From Stramenopiles sp. TOSAG23-6 (taxonomy: Eukaryota), in contig LT635958.1 in assembly GCA_900128565.1 (NCBI GenBank), positions 1 to 32,398 of the forward strand: a stretch of DNA of 32,398 nt, in the 5' to 3' direction. A program made the translations under genes and the position numbers. Below are positions 11,889-21,589 of the stretch, in pieces. Position 1 is the first letter of the stretch. Every line of letters begins with the position of its first letter. The notes beneath the pieces were generated by a model, which saw only the letters and a list, made by a program, of their open reading frames with translations, was not told the DNA's origin and made no database searches.

Positions 11889-12750
11889 TCAATCCATACG
11901 ACCTTTTAATTCGCGTGTTATAACTTGTGTAGGAGTAATAATATGAACATATGCACCCCAACCACTGAGAGCGTCACGGTCAACAGCTGCGAGTAAAGAT
12001 TGTGATAAAGTTTCGAATAGTTCATCCTCATTCATATCCTTTCTAAAAAGACTTTCACAGGTACCATATAGATTATCTGCACATGTACCTGCAACAACAA
12101 AATCGTCAGTAACAACGGGTGCGCCAATTAAATCCATAGCACAAAGATAAGGTACATTGTTTTCATCGAGACCGGCAACCACTGGCTCAATGAACCAAGG
12201 ACCAAATCTCTTCTCATATAGCATATTAGAAAGCAAATGTGAGAACGTTTTTGGTTTCATTGAACGATCTTCACGCAATTCATACCTATACTGAAATAAT
12301 ATAACAAAATGCAATTATGTATGAGTCTTTATATTGTAGGGAGAGTTTATGAAGTGTACACTGGAGTTGGGGAAAGAAAACACGAAAGTAAATCCTATTG
12401 ACAACATGTTATACAAAGAAACTTATAGGCTCGGAATACTTTTTAAAGCCAACACTGGATATGAAACATAATAACACACAATTAATATACTTAAATCAAA
12501 TATATAGGGAAAAGCTTATACATACAACTTACATTTTCATACGAAAGTCAAGTTTTTCACTCATTGTCTGTACATCAGTAGCGAGACCACTGAGACCCAC
12601 TACAAGTTTGTCGTTCATTTCAAAAACACGATTGAAATTACAGCTCACTGTCTGAGCACTAGCTCCCAAGCGTCTATCAGTTGCAATACCAACACAATTC
12701 TTGCCAGCCATGGCAATCACGGCACTGCCATTGTATTCGAGAATAGACAT
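11889..12750 (-). CDS. PSMB3: Proteasome subunit beta type-3; exons 12750-12533 and 12285-11889 (204 aa)
   Basis: MSILEYNGSAVIAMAGKNCVGIA...GLSGLATDVQT; YEKRFGPWFIEPVVAGL; DRDALSGWG; C-terminal LKGRMD. Confidence 0.97.
12286..12532 (-). other. Canonical GT-AG intron (247 nt), no family motif
   Basis: AT|GTAAGT...TATAG|G restores FRMKMYELRE. Confidence 0.93.
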
Positions 12751-13036
12751 CTTCGTATATTCTACAGTGTTCTCTATTTAGTTGTCTCTTTCTCATCGCG
12801 ATCAATCGCAAAAAAAAACACGACATTATTTTCGACAAACCTGCTCGGCCATCGAAAAAACTATTTTTTTCTGTCGTCTTCCAATTTCAACATCGAAGAT
12901 TTTGATTTTCGAAATTACTATACGGAAGGTACTTTCGCCTTTAGGACATTTTCTCCTTTCCTTTCTCAATGTGGGTATGGAAATAAATAATACGAAACTT
13001 ATTCTTCGCAGAGCTAACAAAACCCGTACTTCAAAT

Positions 13037-14228
13037 ATGTCGCACGTCAATGTTGATTTCTATGAATATTATTCTAAATATGATGGTCACCCTGTGTCAG
13101 GTCTCAAAACAATTCATGATTCTCTTAGGGCAGATGGTAAAAATATAATATTTTTAGCTGGGGATTCTTCTTTGGATAACAAGTTTTGGTTTTCGAACAC
13201 CGGTCCTGCAATAAATGGATACGAAAAAGTTTTGCATCCGGCGAAGATGAAATTAGATGTTTGTCGGGCCTTCAATAGAGAGTGTGTCAAACTTTCAGAC
13301 AGAAATGAAGACTGTCAGTACGCTTGTTTGAATACAGCTATTGAGGCAAGCACTTTGAACAATCGTTCGTGTGGCAAGTTACTAGACCAAGATAAGTTTA
13401 TACGAGAGTCTATCACAAACAATGATATACTCGTTGTATCCGTAGGGTTTTTTGAATTTCGTTTCAGAAATATTTCAATAAAGCATCACCTTATAAAGTT
13501 TATATTGACTCATTCGTTAGTACTGTTGACATAAACACATTTATCACAGTGGCAATGACGTTGCCTTACAGCCATTATTGTGTACTGTAATAAATATGCT
13601 AGGATTAGTCTGGTGCAGTGGACCTCAATGTTTAATGGAGCGAATGTCGTGTGCTTGTCCAATAAATACAGGCTCCATATGTGACTTTGGTTGTTTATGT
13701 TGCGGTCTTCCTAATTGTTTAATTAATGGTCTCTTAGGCTTTCCACTTGGTACTGGTTATATGGTCGATTTATTTGCCAACCGTGTTGAAAATTATGTAC
13801 GAAAACTTATTGGTGACAAAAGGCCAAAAACAATTGTTGTATGTATGATATACTTTCTAGACCAAGAATCGACAGGGTCCTGGTCAGATTGTGCTTTAAC
13901 TTGTCTTTTATACAACAAAATTCCACGTCGATTACAACTCTGTATTCAAAAGGCGTTTGAATTAGGTACAATGCGTATTAAAATAAAAGGTACAAAAGTA
14001 GTACCTTTTCCATTATTTGATGTATTAGACGGAAGTGATACTACAGATTATGTTCAACGTGTTGAGCCGAGTCCTAAAGGCGGAGAAAAAATCGCTTCAG
14101 CTATTATGGAAAAACTTTTTACAACCGATGGTGAGCTTAGTAATAGTAATAGTGTGGAAAATGATACTAATTTATCGAGTGAAATTGGTGAAAACATAGT
14201 TGCTAAAAGCAATAACATGGCGAGATAA
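13037..14228 (+). CDS. SGNH/GDSL-like hypothetical protein; exons 13037-13446 and 13550-14228
   Basis: FLAGDSSLDNK (block I-like); the spliced junction restores VVSVGGND (block III-like); DYVQRVEPS in the block V position. Confidence 0.75.
13447..13549 (+). other. Canonical GT-AG intron (103 nt) with weak GTTTTT donor
   Basis: GG|GTTTTTTG...ATCACAG|T GGC AAT GAC joins the two ORFs in frame. Confidence 0.85.
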
Positions 14229-14363
14229 TATGTTATGTTCTTTCTCAAAGTAAAATTCTTATGAAATGTTTATTTTCAAACTGAAATTGATAGTTCATTT
14301 TAGTGGGTGCATATACAAATGTTATTATGAAATAGACTTTTCTCTTGTAACCAAGAAATCATT

Positions 14364-16256
14364 TTAATTTTGAGAACCTGGCACATTATCTCTATCTTGC
14401 TCATCATTTACTGCTTCATTAGCTGCAAACAATGCAGCATTCAAAGCATTATTAAGTACAGCATCATCATCACATTTTGATATCGTCGATTTTGCGTCAC
14501 AATTTAAAACAGCATTTAAATAATTATTAATTATAGCATCATCATTACATTTTGATATCGTCGATTTTGCGTCACAATTTGAAACAGCATTTAAATCATT
14601 ATTAATTATAGCATCATCATTACATTTTGATATTGTCGATTTTGCGTCACAATTTGAAACAGCATTTAAATCATTATTAATTATAGCACCATCATTACAT
14701 TTTGATATTGTCGATTTTGCGTTACAATTTGAAACAGCATTTAGAGCAGCTTGCAATCCACTTAATATAGCATCATCATTTTTCTTCTTTTCCTTCTTTA
14801 TGTTATTCATACGAATAAAATTTGATAACTTTTGTTTCATCATCTGATCGGACGAATGCTTAATGACGCTTTTTGTTTTTAATACATCTTCATTTTGAAC
14901 TTCAGTGTTTGCAACATACCAATCTCTGACACGTGTCATATCCACAATACCTTGTGCATTGCTGAGATTTTCCAAATTGTACTCCTTTGAAATTCTGTCT
15001 TTTGCCTGTTTTGAACACTTTCGAGAGCTACGACGTGTTCCTTCTTTCGGTATTTTCGGTATTTTCGATAATTTTGATTTTTTCGGTATTTTTGATTTTG
15101 CTGTCCTTGTTTTACCTTTTACACTTGATTTTTTTCCTTTAGAAAAACTTTCAGAATTATTTAATTCCTGTGTATCAAATATTTGTTTCTCTGAAAAATA
15201 TCGTATTTTATCTTTCTCAGCTAATTCAACTGCGAAGGCTTTCTCAGCATTTGTTGAATTTTTCCATAAATTCGCTAAATCTCGTGTCAACTCAGAGAAT
15301 TTTTTTTGGGGATTAGATTTTTTTAATTCTTTACGATGATGATTACTAAAGTAAATATATGCTGTAATTGCACGTTTTGGTCCTTTTTTTTTTGATTTTC
15401 TCAATTTTGTTGTTTTCTTCAATTTTTTTTTCTTTGATTTTACTCTCACAACCTTTGGTTTTGTTGTTCCTTTGCGCTTCTTCATATTTACCTTCGGCAT
15501 TAAAGTCACTCTCTTTTGTTTCTTCCTGACTGCTTTTTTTATTAATGTACCAAGAACAGTTTCTGAATGGTTTTGTGTTACAATTTGTTTTTTTTGTTTT
15601 TTTTGTTTCTTTGTGATAGGAAAATTTCCACTTGTTAAAAGCTTTCGCTTTGGAAAACTTTTCATTGATTTAGTAGGCACTGGCGTACTTTGAGACGGCA
15701 CAGTTGTTGTATTAGAAGTATTCATTGTAACAATAGGTGTTGACGTACTTTGAGACGGTACAGTTGTTGTATTAGAAGTCTTCACTGTAATTGTAGTCGA
15801 TGTAATATCCCGAGATTTCTGATTTTTAAGAGAAAAATGTAAACTATCAGAATTTGAGACCATTGTGCTACTACATCCCATAACATTTACTTTCGAGGCT
15901 GGAGTTGTGCCAATTGCTGGTGGTAGAAATATTGCAGAAGACTTCATTGTTTTAGTCGTTGACGGTGCTGGTATTTTCTTCGTTGCAATCGCAGTCATTC
16001 TTACAGGAATACAAGGTAAACTCATTTTTTTTGGTAAAATTGAGAGGTTCTTTACGTGTACCAGTGATTCTTTNTTGTTTTTTGTTTCTTGTATACAAAC
16101 ATTTTTGGATTGTTGCAGGGTCTGTCGTTTCTTGCGGGTGTGACGACACGGGTTGATTCTACATTTACACGTCTTTGTGGTTGAAATTGGATTCGGTAAT
16201 ACGAGACTTTCAGGAAGTTTCTTTTGTTCAGAATGTGTTTTTGATACTTGAATCAT
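14364..16256 (-). CDS. Lys-rich HMG-box protein with C-terminal tandem repeats; start uncertain
   Basis: GPKRAITAYIYFSNHHRKELKKSNP...FSELTRDLANLWK...AEKDKIRY is an HMG box. First in-frame ATG at 16256. Confidence 0.82.
   Translation of the reverse strand: MIQVSKTHSEQKKLPESLVLPNPISTTKTCKCRINPCRHTRKKRQTLQQSKNVCIQETKNXKESLVHVKNLSILPKKMSLPCIPVRMTAIATKKIPAPSTTKTMKSSAIFLPPAIGTTPASKVNVMGCSSTMVSNSDSLHFSLKNQKSRDITSTTITVKTSNTTTVPSQSTSTPIVTMNTSNTTTVPSQSTPVPTKSMKSFPKRKLLTSGNFPITKKQKKQKKQIVTQNHSETVLGTLIKKAVRKKQKRVTLMPKVNMKKRKGTTKPKVVRVKSKKKKLKKTTKLRKSKKKGPKRAITAYIYFSNHHRKELKKSNPQKKFSELTRDLANLWKNSTNAEKAFAVELAEKDKIRYFSEKQIFDTQELNNSESFSKGKKSSVKGKTRTAKSKIPKKSKLSKIPKIPKEGTRRSSRKCSKQAKDRISKEYNLENLSNAQGIVDMTRVRDWYVANTEVQNEDVLKTKSVIKHSSDQMMKQKLSNFIRMNNIKKEKKKNDDAILSGLQAALNAVSNCNAKSTISKCNDGAIINNDLNAVSNCDAKSTISKCNDDAIINNDLNAVSNCDAKSTISKCNDDAIINNYLNAVLNCDAKSTISKCDDDAVLNNALNAALFAANEAVNDEQDRDNVPGSQN
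14442..14741 (-). repeat. 4 x 75-nt coding tandem repeat (NAVSNCDAKSTISKCNDDAIINNDL)
   Basis: Near-identical units at 75-nt spacing. Confidence 0.93.
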
Positions 16257-16464
16257 AGCTACTTCAATCAACTGGTGTGACGTGGTGCCAGATATCTTAG
16301 ACTCTATTAATTTTTTGCAGTCTGCGAATTGAACTAATTGAACTATGTAAAAAAAAAAGAACAAATCACACCAATTTTTTTTTGACACGGATGACAGCAA
16401 AACCTGTCAATCAAAAAAAGTGATGCAGGCAGACAGTATTGTTCCATTTTTTTTGTTCTCTTCA

Positions 16465-17328
16465 CTACTTCTTTTTTTTCTTTTTTTTTTGCCATGGTAA
16501 CATCTGTGCTACTCCATATGGATTCTCGTAGTAACCTACAGGCTTTTGACCATGCCTATACAATGCTGGGTTTATACCTGGAACGGGGTCAACAGTTGTC
16601 GTTTCCCACGTATTGTGAAAAATATTTGAAATTTAAAATTCGTTAGGTACAAACTTTCATACCAAAAAACAAAAATTAAATTTGAAAATGATGAAAATGA
16701 AAACGAACATTCATCCGTCTCAATTGGTTGAGCATTTGACCGACCTCCTATTACCCAAGGAATTGAATGCACTGGAATATCTTCTCCATTTGGTTCATAA
16801 AACGGATGATGCATTGACATATCCTGCCCAGTATCCCACGGATTCCGATTTTTAAGTGAATTATGTTGTAACATCAAATCAACTCTATTTGATCCATCGT
16901 AAAGAGCAGCTCCACCAACCATTTTCTGAGGAAATCTTTGATAAAACGGCTTGAATGATTCGACAGCTTTTGCAACTTGTTCTGGAGTTTCATCTAATCG
17001 TTGCACTGTCATGAACTTGTTTTTTGAATCTCCGTCATTTTTTGCATCTCCCAAGGGAAGAGGTATTCCTGCGGGGACTTCTGGCCATTCTAAACCCTCC
17101 ATTGAACCCCGTTTTACGCGGGTATCACTAATTCCCTTGTACCTGATATGTGTAAAAGCGTATGATTGAATATTCCAACAATAAATGAATGGATAAAAAA
17201 ATAAAAGAAGTCGTTTTCAGAAAAGTAAACTGGTAAACATACATCCAGCTTCTTGTATCAAATGGAGTTTCGCCAAGTATAAATAAAGTGTTGTTCAGAG
17301 CGAATAGCAAGAAAATATATAAGTTCAT
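16465..17328 (-). CDS. Three-exon hypothetical protein with signal-peptide-like N-terminus and poly-Lys C-terminus; exons 17328-17243, 17142-16709, 16607-16465
   Basis: Joined reading MNLYIFLLFAL...SWM|YKGISDTR...MEGLEWP...IETDE|WETTTVDPVPGINPALY...WQKKKKKKK*. Confidence 0.65.
16608..16708 (-). other. Family intron #3 (101 nt; GT...CGT, or AT...AC at 16710-16610)
   Basis: AT|GTTCGTTTTC...TTTGTACCTAAC...ATATTTTTCACAATACGT|GG; end is 35 nt from the branch A. An in-frame CAG about 30 nt further on is an alternative acceptor. Confidence 0.65.
17143..17242 (-). other. Canonical GT-AG intron (100 nt), no family motif
   Basis: AT|GTATGT...ATATCAG|G; phase 2 on both sides. Confidence 0.8.
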
Positions 17329-17608
17329 TCTAGTGTTTGATTCATTCCATTCAATTCAAAAAATCATTCTCAACAATGACATTGTCAATAATTATGTTTT
17401 TTTTTCCCCTCTCGCTCTCTCTCTCTCCCCCTCCGATTAATTTAGTTGTCTTCCTCACAAACCTGCTTCGCGCCAAAAAATGTCTCCAAAGCGAAAGGTA
17501 ACAATATTGGCGCAATGGCCAATTCGCGCCATCCTCCTCCTGTGTGCGTCATTTATCTATACTTAAAGCTTTGTAAGATTCAAAACAAATCAAGCTACAT
17601 TTTATACA

Positions 17609-17881
17609 ATGGTACTCACAATGAATACTTCTTTAAAAGCAAATACGTTGAATGCTCCAGACTGTAAACAAAACTGTTTTCCAACAAAATTTTCAGCCAC
17701 ACAGACACATAGAAAAACGCAGGATGAAAACTCTAACCCGAACGTAAATGCCACATTCAATAGAAAAGAAAAACCAGTTCACGCATCTATCATTCGATTG
17801 ATTAGGGAAGAGCGACGTTTAGTTCGTGATGCAGGATATTCTCAATCGCAAAGGAAACGTGTCCTTCGGGTTCTGCAGTAG
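17609..17881 (+). CDS. Small hypothetical protein (90 aa)
   Basis: ATG-initiated ORF in an otherwise empty interval; helical, basic C-terminus. Confidence 0.4.
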   Translation: MVLTMNTSLKANTLNAPDCKQNCFPTKFSATQTHRKTQDENSNPNVNATFNRKEKPVHASIIRLIREERRLVRDAGYSQSQRKRVLRVLQ

Positions 17882-18148
17882 TGATTATGAGAAAGAAAAA
17901 AAAAAGAACTACTGCTCCATGAGTACTTTTTTTGTAGCGCAACAATTATAGTACTAGTATATCAAAAGTCGAACCATACTTTATTAGTGTACGGAATCAA
18001 AAAATAAATATTTATATAAATATGATTTTGTTATAATTCTTTATAATAGAGCAAAAAATCTTTATGCTGCTACCTCAACACACAAAAAAAANGACGNCAA
18101 AAANGTTTTNAANATTCAAAACAACTCATTTCAAGTATAGCTTTTACA

Positions 18149-21100
18149 CTAGATGAGTTTTCCACCTGCAAACATTGGTGACACTAATTCCAGCAAATCG
18201 CCACAAGGTAGACCACGATTGAGTCTACTTTTAGCTATTTTACACCAAATACGCCCTTTTGTTGGGTTAGCTTCTTCACATTTCGTTTTTACAGTAAGTG
18301 CCAATGCTTCGGCAGCTGCTTTTGTATCCTCACTTACAGCATCTTCTACTTGTTCTCTTTCGAACTGATAATATTGGGCCCAAGAGTCACCACAATTTTT
18401 ATCCAACAAAACTGCACGATTTAACCACTTTCGCGCTTTTCTAACTTTAGCGGGTTTGTATTTCCAGAATAATCGAGCAACAGCCAAAACAACTTCGACA
18501 TTCGACGAACCGCAACTCCGAAGAGCGTCTGCACTTCTTGATTTCTGTTGTTGCTTTGGTGTCATATCGATTTCAGTCGCCCAGAGTATACCAGATTTTG
18601 GACACTTTTGCAAAGCACGTGACATTAGCTTCTCTGCTAATTTTTTTTGCACGTTACTGACACTAGTATTCATAGATTGTATTGGTGTTTTAGTTATATT
18701 TGATCCATTTGGTTTGCCTTGTAATTCTAAGCGAATAGCAGCTAACCAAATAGCAGGCGATTGTGGTAACTTTAGCCTCGCAACTTCTAAAAGAGATCGA
18801 GTTTTCGTTAATGAACTAACACTTTTCTCTAATGAAGTGGCTAATAACCATAATTCAACAGATTTTGGAAATTTTGCTAAACCTTTGTGATATGTCTCTT
18901 TAGCACGACGAATCCATTTTAGATTTTTTTCATTTGACATTTGTTTCTGTCCACAAGAAAGTGAATGTTTTTCTTCATACAATTGACCCAACATCATCCA
19001 CAACTTCGCCTCTTCATCCGGAAATTTACCAAGTGCTGCTAAAAGTAACTTTTCTTCTGCATCGAGACAGGATTGTGACCATTCCAAAAGAGCTGACTTC
19101 ATCCATACTCTTGGAGTTGAATTTATTCTATTTCTTGCTTGTGAAAGTAAAGATCTTGCAGCTTCTACAGATCCTGAACTCTGTTTTAATTTTGCTGATG
19201 CGAGTAGGAGAGCCTCAGAATCGATGTGTTTCATTGCATTTTCTAATAAAATTTCTGCTGCTTCAATATCATCAAATTCTTCCCATGTATGTTTTGCTGC
19301 CATTAACCAGAATGTTTCGCATTTAGGTACACTTGATAATGCTTTCTGATATAAATTTTTCAAAGTGTATTTTGTACCATATCTTTTTTCAAATTCAACT
19401 AAATTAAACCATAGTTTCTCTTTTGAATGGTACACAGAGACGACCTTATCGTAAATAGCACGAGCGACTGCAATATTACCAGCTTTCTCTGCAGCAGTCG
19501 CTTCATCACACCATGTACGATATCTAGTGCCATCAATTATTCCAATTTCAAGACATTCTTTAGCAATTGCTGTAGCCGTATATGGAGCACCAGCTCTTTC
19601 AGCTGCAGATGCTTCTTTAAGCCATTGCTCTCTGCTTAAACTAACATCATTTGCTTCCAGTGATTTTCTAGCAAGTGAAATTATTCTTTCACATATACTT
19701 TTGATTGATGCTTCAGAGTTTTCATCGTCATTTTTTGAGTTCGCTTCCTCTAATCGTGATGCTGCAATCCAAATACGAACATCGGTAGGTACTGATAAAC
19801 GTGCTTTATTTAATACCCTCTTTGCATTATCATATGATTCTAAACGAGCTAATGCTAACCATAAATCCACAGCAGAAGGAACACATTCAACAGCACGACC
19901 AAGCATAACACGAGCATCTTCAGGCTCTTCAAGAGCCACAGCAGCCTTCCAAAGACGCACAGAATGAGGTAAAAATTCCAGAGACTTTCTCAAAACTCTT
20001 CGCTTTGCTGATGGCTTTGATTCTAATTCAGATGCACGCTCCCAAATTCGTACAGATAAAGGAAGTGAACGTACCGCATTCGCTAAAATAATTTTAGCAT
20101 TTGCATTATTCTCCATCGCAGCAGATTCTAACCACACATCTTCAGACTCTGGACACGAGACACATCCGCTTCGTATGACATTCCGTGCAGCAACCATTTT
20201 ACCTGCTGCTAATTCAAGTCTAGCATATGCAATCCATCCAGCAGGTTCTTTAGGATTAGTCTTTGTAACAGACTGTAATAAAAGTCTACCTTTTTTAATA
20301 TCAGCCATTTCACTCATTGAATTCACTTTTTGTGAATTTAAATCAGTGAGATAACCTTTTGGATCGACGACTGTCTGACCAGAGACAGAGTCAGACATCT
20401 TCTGTAATTTTCTACTCAATAATTGTTCACGAGCCTGTGCTAATTGACCACCCACCTGTAACACAGAATTACCACCACTTTGCGTCATTGGTGTTTTAAA
20501 ACCTCCAATAGGAGTCTGAAAACCTCCATATTTTTGCTGCCTTGGATCAATAAATGTTTGTTTGTTATCTGATGGTATACCCATAGTTAGAATATTGTCG
20601 GGGACAGGATATGAGACAGGTGTTATCTTTGCTTGCTTCCTCTTTAAAGAACGATCGCCAATTTCTGGAATGGCTTCCCATTCTTCGTTGCTAATCTGTT
20701 TTAAATCTTTTTTGAGATCAGCAAATTGATCTTCAATTCGTGGACGCTCTATACGGCGTTTCTTTTGTATTTCGTTTTCACGTGCTTCATTGCGAACTTT
20801 ACGTCGTTTCTCCATATGTTGGTCAACAGCCTTGTATATAGCATCTGCTTCTTTATCTTCAGTTTCGTATGGAGAATCACTAAATAAACTATGACTAAAA
20901 CCCGACTCTTTATCAAAATTTGACTCTGAAAAATCTTTCTCTCGTTCTCCATTTTCTAATTTATCCTTTCCAAAGTTACCTACTGTACCAGAACCACGAC
21001 CAGCACCTCCACGATACCCATCAGGAGCTTGACCAAAATCTGTTCGGCCTACTGCAGCAGATCCACCAACACCAAGACCCCCAAGTCCTTTCTCCCTTTC

Positions 21101-21361
21101 TTTCTTCGCAAAGGCCATCTTTGCTTGCTTTTCTGCAATCAAATCTGAGATTTCCGCACATTCGCGTTTAAACTTTTCAGTACCAAAAGAAGCGTTTAAA
21201 AATTCAGTACCCTCGTGTACATTATATCCTGCAGGACCTATATCAGCGCTTGTAGTAAACCCAAGAGCACCACGTCCAAGACCAGGAACATATCTTTTTG
21301 GCTTCAACGCTTCCTTCGCAAATGTTTTGGGGTTTCGACTAAATGCGGCACTCCCATTCAT
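18149..21361 (-). CDS. PRPF6: Pre-mRNA processing factor 6 (U5/tri-snRNP HAT-repeat protein), intronless
   Basis: YVPGLGRGALGFTTSADIGPA, FADLKKDL, WEAIPEIGD, DSVSGQTVVDPKGYLTDL, DIKKGRLLLQSVTKTNP, HAT repeats. ATG at 21361. Confidence 0.97.
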   Translation of the reverse strand: MNGSAAFSRNPKTFAKEALKPKRYVPGLGRGALGFTTSADIGPAGYNVHEGTEFLNASFGTEKFKRECAEISDLIAEKQAKMAFAKKEREKGLGGLGVGGSAAVGRTDFGQAPDGYRGGAGRGSGTVGNFGKDKLENGEREKDFSESNFDKESGFSHSLFSDSPYETEDKEADAIYKAVDQHMEKRRKVRNEARENEIQKKRRIERPRIEDQFADLKKDLKQISNEEWEAIPEIGDRSLKRKQAKITPVSYPVPDNILTMGIPSDNKQTFIDPRQQKYGGFQTPIGGFKTPMTQSGGNSVLQVGGQLAQAREQLLSRKLQKMSDSVSGQTVVDPKGYLTDLNSQKVNSMSEMADIKKGRLLLQSVTKTNPKEPAGWIAYARLELAAGKMVAARNVIRSGCVSCPESEDVWLESAAMENNANAKIILANAVRSLPLSVRIWERASELESKPSAKRRVLRKSLEFLPHSVRLWKAAVALEEPEDARVMLGRAVECVPSAVDLWLALARLESYDNAKRVLNKARLSVPTDVRIWIAASRLEEANSKNDDENSEASIKSICERIISLARKSLEANDVSLSREQWLKEASAAERAGAPYTATAIAKECLEIGIIDGTRYRTWCDEATAAEKAGNIAVARAIYDKVVSVYHSKEKLWFNLVEFEKRYGTKYTLKNLYQKALSSVPKCETFWLMAAKHTWEEFDDIEAAEILLENAMKHIDSEALLLASAKLKQSSGSVEAARSLLSQARNRINSTPRVWMKSALLEWSQSCLDAEEKLLLAALGKFPDEEAKLWMMLGQLYEEKHSLSCGQKQMSNEKNLKWIRRAKETYHKGLAKFPKSVELWLLATSLEKSVSSLTKTRSLLEVARLKLPQSPAIWLAAIRLELQGKPNGSNITKTPIQSMNTSVSNVQKKLAEKLMSRALQKCPKSGILWATEIDMTPKQQQKSRSADALRSCGSSNVEVVLAVARLFWKYKPAKVRKARKWLNRAVLLDKNCGDSWAQYYQFEREQVEDAVSEDTKAAAEALALTVKTKCEEANPTKGRIWCKIAKSRLNRGLPCGDLLELVSPMFAGGKLI

Positions 21362-21589
21362 ACTGCCTATATTTGTATAAAGTATAGAAAAAAAAAGACT
21401 CAAAACCTGGCTCAAAAGAAGACCTCGTTTATATACGGCTTTAGGTAGATGTATAGAGTGCGTCTCTCTCTGTTCGCGTTGCGTGTCACTTTTGAACGTC
21501 AATTTCGAATTTGTTATTAGCCCTAACCCTAGCTACTAGAAAGTGATGTGTAAATACTAAAAAATCTTAATATCAAAAATCTTTATTAT

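Noticed and set aside
12751-13036. Head-to-head gene pairs with about 300-nt spacers
   Set aside because: Ordinary for compact protist genomes; no specific promoter element could be supported.
16343-16446. Upstream exon plus GT-AG intron for the HMG gene
   Set aside because: Donor is phase 2 and acceptor phase 1. A homopolymer error could rescue it, but there is no support.
18080-18120. N-containing A-rich stretch
   Set aside because: Low-quality consensus, not a feature.
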